From Macrostomum hystrix (Eukaryota; Animalia; Platyhelminthes): 64,000 bases of DNA. The stretch spans positions 10,416,001-10,480,000 of the forward strand of contig CATNEN010000007.1 in the NCBI GenBank assembly GCA_950097015.1, written 5' to 3'. The notes beneath the pieces were generated by a model. The model made no database searches. It was not told where the DNA came from and was given only the letters and a program-made list of their open reading frames with translations. Positions 34,001 through 47,896 of the stretch are shown here, piece after piece. Positions within the stretch are counted from its first letter, which is position 1. The number at the start of each line of letters is the position of its first letter. The translations under genes and the position numbers were made by a program.

Positions 34001-37000
34001 TTTGTAGTTGAGCCTGTAGTTTCATTATTTCAAGACTCTCAGCGTGAAACTGTTCTCTAGTTTTGAATTTTGCGGCCGTTTCATTGTAACAAAGCAGACT
34101 GGGAGGCTGCCCATTCTCAGCTTCATTAATTCTGGAGACTGCGAGTTGAAATGGGAACTCTAGGTAGAAAGAAACTGAATTCTAGTTGTAGTAGAAAAAC
34201 TGAAAACTGAGGTTTGAAGGGCCTGGGACTAGGGAAATGTCAAAGGATGCCTGCGTGGCAGCCGCTCACTGGAGTAGATGCCCGAGAACACGAAGCTCTC
34301 GCCGAAGGCCGGACTTTCGCCCTTGGCGGTCTCCGTGCGGTGCCGCTGTTTCCTGGCCGGCAGCAGCGCCAGCGACACCTGCACCGAGTTCCACCGGCCC
34401 GACAGGTCGATGGCGCCGCCGCCAGCGGCTGGCCGGAGGTCCAGGGTTCGAATCACCCTGATGACCACTTGACGGTCGGCGCAGTCGTAGCGAACGCCGA
34501 TCTCCAGTGCGCCGACCGGCCGGGGACCTGGCAGCGCTGCCCACGAAGGCTGCGAGGAGGGAAAGATCAGAGAAAGTGTGACAGTGGCCTTTTAACAGAA
34601 TTTAAGAACAGCCTGTCTAAAATATTCTTAGAACAGCCTGTCTAACAGATTCTTAGAACAGCCTGTCAAACATGTTTTAAGAACAGCCTTTCAAACAGGT
34701 TGTTAGAAAAGCCTGTACAACAGATTCTTAGAACAGCCTGTCTAACAGGTTCTTAGAACAGACTGTCAAACATGTTCTTAGAAAAGTCTGTCCAACAGAT
34801 TCTTAGAAAAGCCTGTCTAACAGTTTCTTAGAACAGCCTGTCTAACAGATTCTTAGAAAAGTCTGTCCAACAGATTCTTAGAAAAGCCTGTCTAACAGAT
34901 TCTTAGAACAGCCTGTCTAACAGGTTCTTAGAACAGACTGTCAAACATGTTCTTAGAACAGCCTGTCTAACAGATTCTTAGAACCTCTTTTGCCCCAGCA
35001 ACAGCCTGTCAAACATGCTTTTAGAACAGCCTTTCAAACAGGTTGTTAGAAAAGCCTGTCTAACAGATTTTTAGAACAGCCTGTCTAACAGATTCTTAGA
35101 ACAGCCTGTCTAACAGATTCTTAGAACAGCCTGTCTAACAGGTTCTTAGAATAGACTGTCAAACATGCTTTTAGAACAGCCTTTCAAACAGATTCTTAGA
35201 AAAGCCTGTCTAACAGATTTTTAGAACAGCCTGTCTAACAGATTCTTAGAACAGCCTGTCTAACAGATTCTTAGAACAGCCTGACTAACAGGTTCTTAGA
35301 ATAGACTGTCAAACATGTTCTTAGAACAGCCTGTCTAACAGATTCTTAGAAAAGCATGTCTAACAGGTTCTTAGAAAAGCCTGTCAAACATGTTTTTAGA
35401 ACAGACTTTCTATCAGATTCTTAGAACAGCCTGTCTAACAGATTCTTAGAACCTCTTTTGCCCCAGCAACAGCCTGTCAAACATGATTTTAGAACAGCCT
35501 GTCTAACAGATTCTTAGAAAAGCCTGTCTAACAGATTCTTAGAACAGCCTGTCTAACAGATTCTTAGAAAAGCATGTCTAACAGGTTCTTAGAAAAGCCT
35601 GTCTAACAGATTCTTAGAACAGCCTGTCTAACAGGTTCTTAGAACAGCCTGTCTAACAGATTCTTAGAACCTCTTTTGCCCCAGCAACAGCCTGTCAAAC
35701 ATGATTTTAGAACAGCCTGTCTAACAGATTCTTAGAACAGCCTGTCTAACAGATTCTTAGAACAGCCTGTCTAACAGGTTCTTAGAATAGACTGTCAAAC
35801 ATGTTCTTAGAACAGCCTGTCTAACAGATTCTTAGAAAAGCATGTCTAACAGGTTCTTAGAAAAGCCTGTCAAACATGTTTTTAGAACAGACTTTCTATC
35901 AGATTCTTAGAACAGCCTGTCTAACAGATTCTTAGAACCTCTTTTGCCCCAGCAACAGCCTGTCAAACATGATTTTAGAACAGCCTGTCTAACAGATTCT
36001 TAGAACCTCTTTTGCCCCAGCAACAGCCTGTCAAACAGGTTGTTAGAAAAGCCTGTCTAACAGATTCTTAGAACAGCCTGTCTAACAGATTCTTAGAACC
36101 TCTTTTGCCACAGCAACAGCCTGTCAAACATGCTTTTAGAACAGCCTTTCGAACAGGTTGTTAGAAAAGCCTGTCTAACAGATTCTTAGAAAAGCCTGTC
36201 TAACAGATTCTTAGAACAGCCTGTCTAACAGATTCTTAGAAAAGTCTGTCCAACAGATTCTTAGAAAAGCCTGTCTAACAGGTTCTTAGAACAGACTGTC
36301 AAACATGTTCTTAGAACAGCCTGTCTAACAGGTTCTTAGAAAAGACTGTCAAACATGTTCTTAGAACAGCCTGTCTAACAGATTCTTAGAACCTCTTTTG
36401 CCCCAGCAACAGCCTGTCAAACATGCTTTTAGAACAGCCTTTCAAACAGGTTGTTAGAAAAGCCTGTCTAACAGATTCTTAGAAAAGCCTGTCTAACAGA
36501 TTTTTAGAACAGCCTGTCTAACAGATTCTTAGAACAGCCTGTCTAACAGATTCTTAGAAAAGTCTGTCCAACAGATTCTTAGAAAAGCCTGTCTAACAGA
36601 TTCTTAGAACAGCCTGTCTAACAGGTTCTTAGAACAGACTGTCAAACATGTTCTTAGAACAGCCTGTCTAACAGATTCTTAGAACCTCTTTTGCCACAGC
36701 AACAGCCTGTCAAACATGCTTTTAGAACAGCCTTTCGAACAGGTTGTTAGAAAAGCCTGTCTAACAGATTCTTAGAACAGCCTGTCTAACAGATTCTTAG
36801 AACAGCCTGTCTAACAGATTCTTAGAACAGCCTGTCTAACAGGTTCTTAGAATAGACTGTCAAACATGTTCTTAGAACAGCCTGTCTAACAGACTCTTAG
36901 AAAAGCATGTCTAACAGGTTCTTAGAAAAGCCTGTCAAACATGTTTTTAGAACAGACTTTCTATCAGATTCTTAGAACAGCCTGTCTAACAGATTCTTAG

Positions 37001-40000
37001 AACCTCTTTTGCCCCAGCAACAGCCTGTCAAACATGATTTTAGAACAGCCTGTCTAACAGATTCTTAGAACCTCTTTTGCCCCAGCAACAGCCTGTCAAA
37101 CATGATTTTAGAACAGCCTTTCAAACAGGTTGTTAGAAAAGCCTGTCTAACAGATTCTTAGAACAGCCTGTCTAACAGATTCTTAGAACCTCTTTTGCCC
37201 CAGCAACAGCCTGTCAAACATGCTTTTAGAACAGCCTTTCAAACAGGTTGTTAGAAAAGCCTGTCTAACAGATTCTTAGAAAAGCCTGTCTAACAGATTT
37301 TTAGAACAGCCTGTCTAACAGATTCTTAGAACAGCCTGTCTAACAGATTCTTAGAAAAGTCTGTCCAACAGATTCTTAGAAAAGCCTGTCTAACAGATTC
37401 TTAGAACAGCCTGTCTAACAGGTTCTTAGAACAGACTGTCAAACATGTTCTTAGAACAGCCTGTCTAACAGATTCTTAGAACCTCTTTTGCCACAGCAAC
37501 AGCCTGTCAAACATGCTTTTAGAACAGCCTTTCGAACAGGTTGTTAGAAAAGCCTGTCTAACAGATTCTTAGAACAGCCTGTCTAACAGATTCTTAGAAC
37601 AGCCTGTCTAACAGATTCTTAGAACAGCCTGTCTAACAGGTTCTTAGAATAGACTGTCAAACATGTTCTTAGAACAGCCTGTCTAACAGATTCTTAGAAA
37701 AGCATGTCTAACAGGTTCTTAGAAAAGCCTGTCAAACATGTTTTTAGAACAGACTTTCTATCAGATTCTTAGAACAGCCTGTCTAACAGATTCTTAGAAC
37801 CTCTTTTGCCCCAGCAACAGCCTGTCAAACATGATTTTAGAACAGCCTGTCTAACAGATTCTTAGAACCTCTTTTGCCCCAGCAACAGCCTGTCAAACAT
37901 GATTTTAGAACAGCCTTTCAAACAGGTTGTTAGAAAAGCCTGTCTAACAGATTCTTAGAACAGCCTGTCTAACAGATTCTTAGAACCTCTTTTGCCACAG
38001 CAACAGCCTGTCAAACATGCTTTTAGAACAGCCTTTCGAACAGGTTGTTAGAAAAGCCTGTCTAACAGATTCTTAGAAAAGCCTGTCTAACAGATTCTTA
38101 GAACAGCCTGTCTAACAGATTCTTAGAAAAGCATGTCTAACAGGTTCTTAGAAAAGCCTGTCAAACATGTTTTTAGAACAGACTTTCTATCAGATTCTTA
38201 GAACAGCCTGTCTAACAGATTCTTAGAACCTCTTTTGCCCCAGCAACAGCCTGTCAAACATGATTTTAGAACAGCCTGTCTAACAGATTCTTAGAACCTC
38301 TTTTGCCCCAGCAACAGCCTGTCAAACATGATTTTAGAACAGCCTTTCAAACAGGTTGTTAGAAAAGCCTGTCTAACAGATTCTTAGAACAGCCTGTCTA
38401 ACAGATTCTTAGAACCTCTTTTGCCACAGCAACAGCCTGTCAAACATGCTTTTAGAACAGCCTTTCGAACAGGTTGTTAGAAAAGCCTGTCTAACAGATT
38501 CTTAGAAAAGCCTGTCTAACAGATTCTTAGAAAAGCCTGTCTAATAGATTCTTAGAACAGCCTGTCTAACAGATTCTTAGAAAAGTCTGTCCAACAGATT
38601 CGTAGAAAAGCCTGTCTAACAGATTCTTAGAACAGCCTGTCTAACAGGTTCTTAGAAAAGACTGTCAAACATGTTCTTAGAACAGCCTGTCTAACAGATT
38701 CTTAGAACCTCTTTTGCCCCAGCAACAGCCTGTCAAACATGCTTTTAGAACAGCCTTTCAAACAGGTTGTTAGAAAAGCCTGTCTAACAGATTCTTAGAA
38801 AAGCCTGTCTAACAGATTTTTAGAACAGCCTGTCTAACAGATTCTTAGAACAGCCTGTCTAACAGATTCTTAGAAAAGTCTGTCCAACAGATTCTTAGAA
38901 AAGCCTGTCTAATAGATTCTTAGAACAGCCTGTCTAACAGGTTCTTAGAACAAACTGTCAAACATGTTCTTAGAACAGCCTGTCTAACAGATTCTTAGAA
39001 CCTCTTTTGCCACAGCAACAGCCTGTCAAACATGCTTTTAGAACAGCCTTTCGAACAGGTTGTTAGAAAAGCCTGTCTAACAGATTCTTAGAACAGCCTG
39101 TCTAACAGATTCTTAGAACAGCCTGTCTAACAGATTCTTAGAACAGCCTGTCTAACAGGTTCTTAGAATAGACTGTCAAACATGTTCTTAGAACAGCCTG
39201 TCTAACAGATTCTTAGAAAAGCATGTCTAACAGGTTCTTAGAAAAGCCTGTCAAACATGTTTTTAGAACAGACTTTCTATCAGATTCTTAGAACAGCCTG
39301 TCTAACAGATTCTTAGAACCTCTTTTGCCCCAGCAACAGCCTGTCAAACATGATTTTAGAACAGCCTGTCTAACAGATTCTTAGAACCTCTTTTGCCCCA
39401 GCAACAGCCTGTCAAACATGATTTTAGAACAGCCTTTCAAACAGGTTGTTAGAAAAGCCTGTCTAACAGATTCTTAGAACAGCCTGTCTAACAGATTCTT
39501 AGAACCTCTTTTGCCCCAGCAACAGCCTGTCAAACATGCTTTTAGAACAGCCTTTCAAACAGGTTGTTAGAAAAGCCTGTCTAACAGATTCTTAGAAAAG
39601 CCTGTCTAACAGATTTTTAGAACAGCCTGTCTAACAGATTCTTAGAACAGCCTGTCTAACAGATTCTTAGAAAAGTCTGTCCAACAGATTCTTAGAAAAG
39701 CCTGTCTAACAGATTCTTAGAACAGCCTGTCTAACAGGTTCTTAGAACAGACTGTCAAACATGTTCTTAGAACAGCCTGTCTAACAGATTCTTAGAACCT
39801 CTTTTGCCACAGCAACAGCCTGTCAAACATGCTTTTAGAACAGCCTTTCGAACAGGTTGTTAGAAAAGCCTGTCTAACAGATTCTTAGAACAGCCTGTCT
39901 AACAGATTCTTAGAACAGCCTGTCTAACAGATTCTTAGAACAGCCTGTCTAACAGGTTCTTAGAATAGACTGTCAAACATGTTCTTAGAACAGCCTGTCT

Positions 40001-43000
40001 AACAGATTCTTAGAAAAGCATGTCTAACAGGTTCTTAGAAAAGCCTGTCAAACATGTTTTTAGAACAGACTTTCTATCAGATTCTTAGAACAGCCTGTCT
40101 AACAGATTCTTAGAACCTCTTTTGCCCCAGCAACAGCCTGTCAAACATGATTTTAGAACAGCCTGTCTAACAGATTCTTAGAACCTCTTTTGCCCCAGCA
40201 ACAGCCTGTCAAACATGATTTTAGAACAGCCTTTCAAACAGGTTGTTAGAAAAGCCTGTCTAACAGATTCTTAGAACAGCCTGTCTAACAGATTCTTAGA
40301 ACCTCTTTTGCCCCAGCAACAGCCTGTCAAACATGCTTTTAGAACAGCCTTTCAAACAGGTTGTTAGAAAAGCCTGTCTAACAGATTCTTAGAAAAGCCT
40401 GTCTAACAGATTTTTAGAACAGCCTGTCTAACAGATTCTTAGAACAGCCTGTCTAACAGATTCTTAGAAAAGTCTGTCCAACAGATTCTTAGAAAAGCCT
40501 GTCTAACAGATTCTTAGAACAGCCTGTCTAACAGGTTCTTAGAACAGACTGTCAAACATGTTCTTAGAACAGCCTGTCTAACAGATTCTTAGAACCTCTT
40601 TTGCCACAGCAACAGCCTGTCAAACATGCTTTTAGAACAGCCTTTCGAACAGGTTGTTAGAAAAGCCTGTCTAACAGATTCTTAGAACAGCCTGTCTAAC
40701 AGATTCTTAGAACAGCCTGTCTAACAGATTCTTAGAACAGCCTGTCTAACAGGTTCTTAGAATAGACTGTCAAACATGTTCTTAGAACAGCCTGTCTAAC
40801 AGATTCTTAGAAAAGCATGTCTAACAGGTTCTTAGAAAAGCCTGTCAAACATGTTTTTAGAACAGACTTTCTATCAGATTCTTAGAACAGCCTGTCTAAC
40901 AGATTCTTAGAACCTCTTTTGCCCCAGCAACAGCCTGTCAAACATGATTTTAGAACAGCCTGTCTAACAGATTCTTAGAACCTCTTTTGCCCCAGCAACA
41001 GCCTGTCAAACATGCTTTTAGAACAGCCTTTCAAACAGGTTGTTAGAAAAGCCTGTCTAACAGATTCTTAGAACAACCTGTCTAACAGATTCTTAGAACC
41101 TCTTTTGCCACAGCAACAGCCTGTCAAACATGCTTTTAGAACAGCCTTTCGAACAGGTTGTTAGAAAAGCCTGTCTAACAGATTCTTAGAAAAGCCTGTC
41201 TAACAGATTCTTAGAACAGCCTGTCTAACAGATTCTTAGAAAAGCATGTCTAACAGGTTCTTAGAAAAGCCTGTCAAACATGTTTTTAGAACAGACTTTC
41301 TATCAGATTCTTAGAACAGCCTGTCTAACAGATTCTTAGAACCTCTTTTGCCCCAGCAACAGCCTGTCAAACATGATTTTAGAACAGCCTGTCTAACAGA
41401 TTCTTAGAACCTCTTTTGCCCCAGCAACAGCCTGTCAAACATGATTTTAGAACAGCCTTTCAAACAGGTTGTTAGAAAAGCCTGTCTAACAGATTCTTAG
41501 AACAGCCTGTCTAACAGATTCTTAGAACCTCTTTTGCCACAGCAACAGCCTGTCAAACATGCTTTTAGAACAGCCTTTCGAACAGGTTGTTAGAAAAGCC
41601 TGTCTAACAGATTCTTAGAAAAGCCTGTCTAACAGATTCTTAGAAAAGCCTGTCTAATAGATTCTTAGAACAGCCTGTCTAACAGATTCTTAGAAAAGTC
41701 TGTCCAACAGATTCGTAGAAAAGCCTGTCTAACAGATTCTTAGAACAGCCTGTCTAACAGGTTCTTAGAAAAGACTGTCAAACATGTTCTTAGAACAGCC
41801 TGTCTAACAGATTCTTAGAACCTCTTTTGCCCCAGCAACAGCCTGTCAAACATGCTTTTAGAACAGCCTTTCAAACAGGTTGTTAGAAAAGCCTGTCTAA
41901 CAGATTCTTAGAAAAGCCTGTCTAACAGATTTTTAGAACAGCCTGTCTAACAGATTCTTAGAACAGCCTGTCTAACAGATTCTTAGAAAAGTCTGTCCAA
42001 CAGATTCTTAGAAAAGCCTGTCTAATAGATTCTTAGAACAGCCTGTCTAACAGGTTCTTAGAACAAACTGTCAAACATGTTCTTAGAACAGCCTGTCTAA
42101 CAGATTCTTAGAACCTCTTTTGCCCCAGCAACAGCCTGTCAAACATGCTTTTAGAACAGCCTTTCGAACAGGTTGTTAGAAAAGCCTGTCTAACAGATTC
42201 TTAGAACAGCCTGTCTAACAGATTCTTAGAACAGCCTGTCTAACAGATTCTTAGAACAGCCTGTCTAACAGGTTCTTAGAATAGACTGTCAAACATGTTC
42301 TTAAAACAGCCTGTCTAACAGATTCTTAGAACCTCTTTTGCCCCAGCAACAGCCTGTCAAACATGATTTTAGAACAGCCTGTCTAACAGATTCTTAGAAC
42401 AGCCTGTCTAACAGATTCTTAGAACAGCCTGTCTAACAGATTCTTAGAAAAGCATGTCTAACAGGTTCTTAGAAAAGCCTGTCTAACAGATTCTTAGAAC
42501 AGCCTGTCTAACAGGTTCTTAGAACAGCCTGTCTAACAGATTCTTAGAACCTCTTTTGCCCCAGCAACAGCCTGTCAAACATGATTTTAGAACAGCCTGT
42601 CTAACAGATTCTTAGAACAGCCTGTCTAACAGATTCTTAGAACAGCCTGTCTAACAGGTTCTTAGAATAGACTGTCAAACATGTTCTTAGAACAGCCTGT
42701 CTAACAGACTCTTAGAAAAGCATGTCTAACAGGTTCTTAGAAAAGCCTGTCAAACATGTTTTTAGAACAGACTTTCTATCAGATTCTTAGAACAGCCTGT
42801 CTAACAGATTCTTAGAACCTCTTTTGCCCCAGCAACAGCCTGTCAAACATGATTTTAGAACAGCCTGTCTAACAGATTCTTAGAACCTCTTTTGCCCCAG
42901 CAACAGCCTGTCAAACATGATTTTAGAACAGCCTTTCAAACAGGTTGTTAGAAAAGCCTGTCTAACAGATTCTTAGAACAGCCTGTCTAACAGATTCTTA

Positions 43001-46000
43001 GAACCTCTTTTGCCCCAGCAACAGCCTGTCAAACATGCTTTTAGAACAGCCTTTCAAACAGGTTGTTAGAAAAGCCTGTCTAACAGATTCTTAGAAAAGC
43101 CTGTCTAACAGATTTTTAGAACAGCCTGTCTAACAGATTCTTAGAAAAGTCTGTCCAACAGATTCTTAGAAAAGCCTGTCTAACAGATTCTTAGAACAGC
43201 CTGTCTAACAGGTTCTTAGAACAGACTGTCAAACATGTTCTTAGAACAGCCTGTCTAACAGATTCTTAGAACCTCTTTTGCCACAGCAACAGCCTGTCAA
43301 ACATGCTTTTAGAACAGCCTTTCGAACAGGTTGTTAGAAAAGCCTGTCTAACAGATTCTTAGAACAGCCTGTCTAACAGATTCTTAGAACAGCCTGTCTA
43401 ACAGATTCTTAGAACAGCCTGTCTAACAGGTTCTTAGAATAGACTGTCAAACATGTTCTTAGAACAGCCTGTCTAACAGATTCTTAGAAAAGCATGTCTA
43501 ACAGGTTCTTAGAAAAGCCTGTCAAACATGTTTTTAGAACAGACTTTCTATCAGATTCTTAGAACAGCCTGTCTAACAGATTCTTAGAACCTCTTTTGCC
43601 CCAGCAACAGCCTGTCAAACATGATTTTAGAACAGCCTGTCTAACAGATTCTTAGAACCTCTTTTGCCCCAGCAACAGCCTGTCAAACATGATTTTAGAA
43701 CAGCCTTTCAAACAGGTTGTTAGAAAAGCCTGTCTAACAGATTCTTAGAACAGCCTGTCTAACAGATTCTTAGAACCTCTTTTGCCACAGCAACAGCCTG
43801 TCAAACATGCTTTTAGAACAGCCTTTCGAACAGGTTGTTAGAAAAGCCTGTCTAACAGATTCTTAGAAAAGCCTGTCTAACAGATTCTTAGAACAGCCTG
43901 TCTAACAGATTCTTAGAAAAGTCTGTCCAACAGATTCTTAGAAAAGCCTGTCTAACAGGTTCTTAGAACAGACTGTCAAACATGTTCTTAAAACAGCCTG
44001 TCTAACAGATTCTTAGAACCTCTTTTGCCACAGCAACAGCCTGTCAAACATGCTTTTAGAACAGCCTTTCAAACAGGTTGTTAGAAAAGCCTGTCTAACA
44101 GATTCTTAGAACAGCCTGTCTAACAGATTCTTAGAACAGCCTGTCTAACAGGTTCTTAGAACAGCCTGTCTAACAGATTCTTAGAACAGCCTGTCTAACA
44201 GGTTCTTAGAACAGCTTGTCTAACAGATTCTTAGAACAGCCTGTCTAACAGATTCTTAGAACAGCCTGTCTAACAGGTTCTTAGAACAGCCTGTCTAACA
44301 GATTCTTAGAACAGCCTGTCTAACAGGTTCTTAGAACAGCCTGTCTAACAGATTCTTAGAACAGCCTGTCTAACAGATTCTTAGAACAGCCTGTCTAACA
44401 GGTTCTTAGAACAGCCTGTCTAACAGGTTCTTAGAACAGCCTGTCTCACAGATTCTTAGAATTTATTTTTATGTGATTTCGCTAAGAAAAAACACTGTCC
44501 AGTTCCTCACAGAGACGGAATTTTTGTCCGAGGAGCTTCCAGCGCCTCCGTCACCTCCGCCGCTAACACCGGCGCCTTCAGCATCACCGCCGCCGTGCAC
44601 TGCCGCTGGCATCGAGCCGGCGCAGCTTCCGTTCTCGTCGGCGCGAGCTAAGCAGTTGCCATCCGCCGGCAGGCTGCTCTGTCGGTGATGAGGCTGCTGC
44701 TGCTGCTGCTGCTGCTGCTTGGAGACTGGAATGAAGTGATTGGCTCTCATGAATTATTCATGCTCATTCTCAATTCTTAAGTCTCATCTGACACTGTTTT
44801 GATTAAAATGACTAGTTAATGTGAATAATCACCAGCATAGGTAGAGAACATGGACAAGATGCAGTCTCAGTAAGTGAGAGTCATTGAGAAGTCAGCTGAC
44901 TTCTCAACCCTAACCAGTTGATCTTGATGGATAAATTCTACAAATACTGCAAATATCCCATCGATCAATTGCATCCCCCTGCTCAGAGGTTGCTCAGGAG
45001 GTGCCTTGAAACTAGCTGGCTGACCACGGCATCATCGATAATTGACTCAGCACTCGATGCGAGGCTCATCGTCTCTGCTCAAAATCCACTTATCTGTCCC
45101 GTGTCCGGGCCGGCACCGAAGCCAGCCTCGGCCAGGCTCTAAAGCCCCATCAAACAGCTGAGCAGCTGGGCCAAGCCAGCTCAGGTGTCCGCACGCGCCC
45201 GCGGGTGTCGGGTTTCAGGCTTCGAATGAAGATGGCAGCGGTCCGCGGATGCGGAAATTCCGCGTTCTGCGGCCTCTCCCGGTATCTCCTTTAGGCAGCC
45301 CCGTCACCGCCCCTCAGGGCCAGACGGCCGGACCCCCCGCTGATTTAATGCAGCATCCGCGTGGCTTCGCCATCTCCGCCTCCCCACCCTCCCCCCTGGC
45401 TCGGCTGCGAATTGACTCCCCGTGGGACAGGCGGGAGCTGTCACGGTGCCGCTGGGGGGACACCCCGTTGAGCCTTGAGTCTTGTTTGCTCAGACTGGCC
45501 ACCCCAGGCCGCCACCTCCGCCGATGCCGTTTGAAGTGTCGAAGTGGGCCAGAGCCGCCTCCGTGACAGGATTATCAGGCCCACCAGATGATGCGGCTGC
45601 GACCCACAGTGACCTTAAACGCCCCGGCGAGCAGCCAAGAGTGGTCATTGTAAGTTGTGCTCCTGAGTCTATATAATGGTTACTAATGACTCACGAGCAC
45701 TTTAGGCAGCGGATTCAGCGGAGGTCGACCGACTCAAAGTCACTAATTGTGAGTTTTGCTGACACGGTTCATGAAAACCAGCAATCACCGGTGTCACAAT
45801 CTCTCACTCACAGGTGTCACAATCCCGCACTCACAGGTGTCACAATCTCTCATTCACAGGTGTCACAATCTCTCATTCACAGGTGTCACAATCTCTCATT
45901 CACAGGTGTCACAATCTCGCACTCACCGTCTTCGCCGCCTCTCCGCTTCTCCTCGCTGTCCTCGAGCGGCGGGCTCCCAGGCCGGTCATCAGGGGAGGCT

Positions 46001-46089
46001 GGCCGGCCCTGGCGGCTGCCGTAGCAGCAGGACAGGAGGCCGCGGAGGTTGGTGGCGGGCGCCTGGGTGACCCGCTGGTAGAAGGCCAT
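31072..46089 (-). CDS. SYT16: Synaptotagmin-14/16-like tandem C2 protein, ~453 aa; exons 46089-45927, 44725-44511, 34549-34270, 33791-33589, 31817-31643, 31509-31297, 31184-31072
   Basis: Phase-consistent GT-AG exons (1362 nt). C2B reads AELFLGLGYNAKTGQLAVEVMKGS...PNPTWKENFMFPVNRFQLTDVT...REMIGWFAIGRNSSGEEESTHWHEMLEARGELISRWHRLL, matching the SYT14/16 C-terminus. No transmembrane segment is seen (as in SYT16). The N-terminal exon is less certain, and the gene is probably co-orthologous to SYT14 and SYT16. Confidence 0.88.
33037..33546. repeat. 24/25-bp minisatellite (CTCAGTCCCTGACACTGCAGGGTG)
   Basis: About 21 copies, ending ~40 bp from the minus-strand donor at 33587-33588. Confidence 0.96.
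34593..44461. repeat. ~9.9-kb satellite; 25-bp monomer CAGATTCTTAGAACAGCCTGTCTAA plus a 43-bp variant, in higher-order repeats
   Basis: Direct periodicity; variant markers recur at 797-bp and 429-bp spacings. Confidence 0.98.
45790..45926. repeat. 23-bp minisatellite whose unit starts at the SYT16-like exon 1 donor
   Basis: Minus-strand unit GTGAGTGCGAGATTGTGACACCT, ~6 copies. Confidence 0.92.
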
Positions 46090-47896
46090 GTCAGTTCGGG
46101 ACTGCTAGTCTGTCGGTAAGCAGTCAGTTAGCCGCAGGTCCATGGCTCATGATCTGCCGTGGCCCCAGAGTCGCAAAGTTGTTCCGAACTCGGCCAAAGA
46201 AATGACTGATCTCGGCAATAGCGCAAACTTCTGCAGCCCAAGACCTCCTCGGCGCCCACGCCTTGCGCTTTCAAAATGAACTAACGCGGAGTGGGGTGTT
46301 CGGCGGGGGTGGCCCCGTCCTGCGTCTCAAGCGAGCACAGGGTCAACCCAGGGCCAATGCGCACAGTCCCTGCTCTCTCCCTACTGTCTCCGTGTCTGCA
46401 GCCCAAGGACAGTTCGCTCCGGCTCAGCAGAACTGCACAGATAACGGGCGCGCTTGACCTGCGGAATGCCGGTGAACAAGGGCCAGTTGAAGTCAACTCA
46501 CTGCAGTGGAGGGTGCAGTTTCACCTGGCGCAGCTAAGCTCTCTTGTAATATCTGTTCTATTCACATGCCTGAGGGCAGGCAGCGGCAGGTTGCGATGCT
46601 GCAGCTGGGCCGGTCAGTCAGGTGATATGGAAAACGTTCTGCAATGACCGGCTGGCCATTTATACCACTGCCTGGCTGCGGGATCACTGGATGGACGATG
46701 AACGCCCCCCTCCATCACGGCCATTGGAACGCGTTTCCACAATGTCCCAGAGGGTTCGCGGACGCAATGAAACCCAGCTTCCCTAAACTGCGCCTCCCCA
46801 TCTGTCTCCCCGGCTTGTCCGGCTGGGCCCGGACTGCTCAGGAATTCTCACCGCTGGCGGAGCCTTTATTGACTGCCCCGCGGGACCCGCACTGATGCGG
46901 GATGATACAATGAGGCCCCTGAGGCCGCCTCGTTTTGCACTCGCCTCTCTCAGCCTCCAACAATGCGAATCCAGCTTCTGGTGCTCGATTATGAGCTCTT
47001 CGTCGAGCAGGGCAGCTCGCGGTGCGGCGAGGCGGCACCCGAGAGCCGATAAGGCCGCGCCCATCCCCGACTGGGGCTGCATGTGCCACCGGGGCTTGTC
47101 CAGTATCAGCTTACCTCTCGCCCCAGTGCACCTGACCTCCCACCCCCCAGGCGGCAGTCTGGTATGCCCAGTCCATAAACTCAAGCCTCATGGCTGGCTC
47201 ACCTGCATCCGCTGCGGTGGCAGTGCTCGGCGTTAATGATACGGGGCTGGGTGCGGAAGGAATGATAGATCAGTGTGTGGGGGATACAAATTTGTGAAAT
47301 AAAGCATGTCATAACTCCCCACTGGCCATTGCCGTGAGTCGCATTTTGTGGGAGGTCGCGCAGGGGTGGCGGCCCCAGCCAACCCTCCCCACCCCAAGTG
47401 TCGGCGGGCATTTTGAAAGCGGAGGAGGAACTGCAGCGAAGTCAGTTTTGGCCATTGTGCGCTTCGGCTGCGCCAGGCAAATGCGTGGCAGGCTACTGAG
47501 GGGCGTGGGACTTGTTGAATAATTCAGCTTATCGATTGCTACCCCCCTGACAACCCGCTGAGCCCCCTGCCCACCCCACCGCCTCTCCCGGGCGCCTGCC
47601 GCTTCTGTCCTGAATTGGAATGATGGCCCAGTGCAGGTCGGCTCAGTTGAGGCCGACAAGTGACCGCTGCTATGAGCCTGCTCAGGGAGCGATAATTTGC
47701 CCGCTGCTGTGAAATTGAGATTATTAACAATGCGACTTGGCACTGACATGGCGAGAGCCAGGTTGCGATGCCCTCCCGCTGCCGCACTCTTGGTTATTAT
47801 TGCACCGCTTGTACTTTGACTCCTTGTTTTGCTACTTTTAGTAGGCTTGATTGCATTTTATGATAGAATTTAGTTTTCAATTCACTTCTAGATATT

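Noticed and set aside
34593-44461. CRISPR-like appearance
   Set aside because: No unique spacers, no cas genes, and an intronic eukaryotic context.
46783-47184. Minus-strand ORF with MGAALSALGC as a possible alternative SYT16-like N-terminus
   Set aside because: I could not establish an in-frame splice to the downstream exons.
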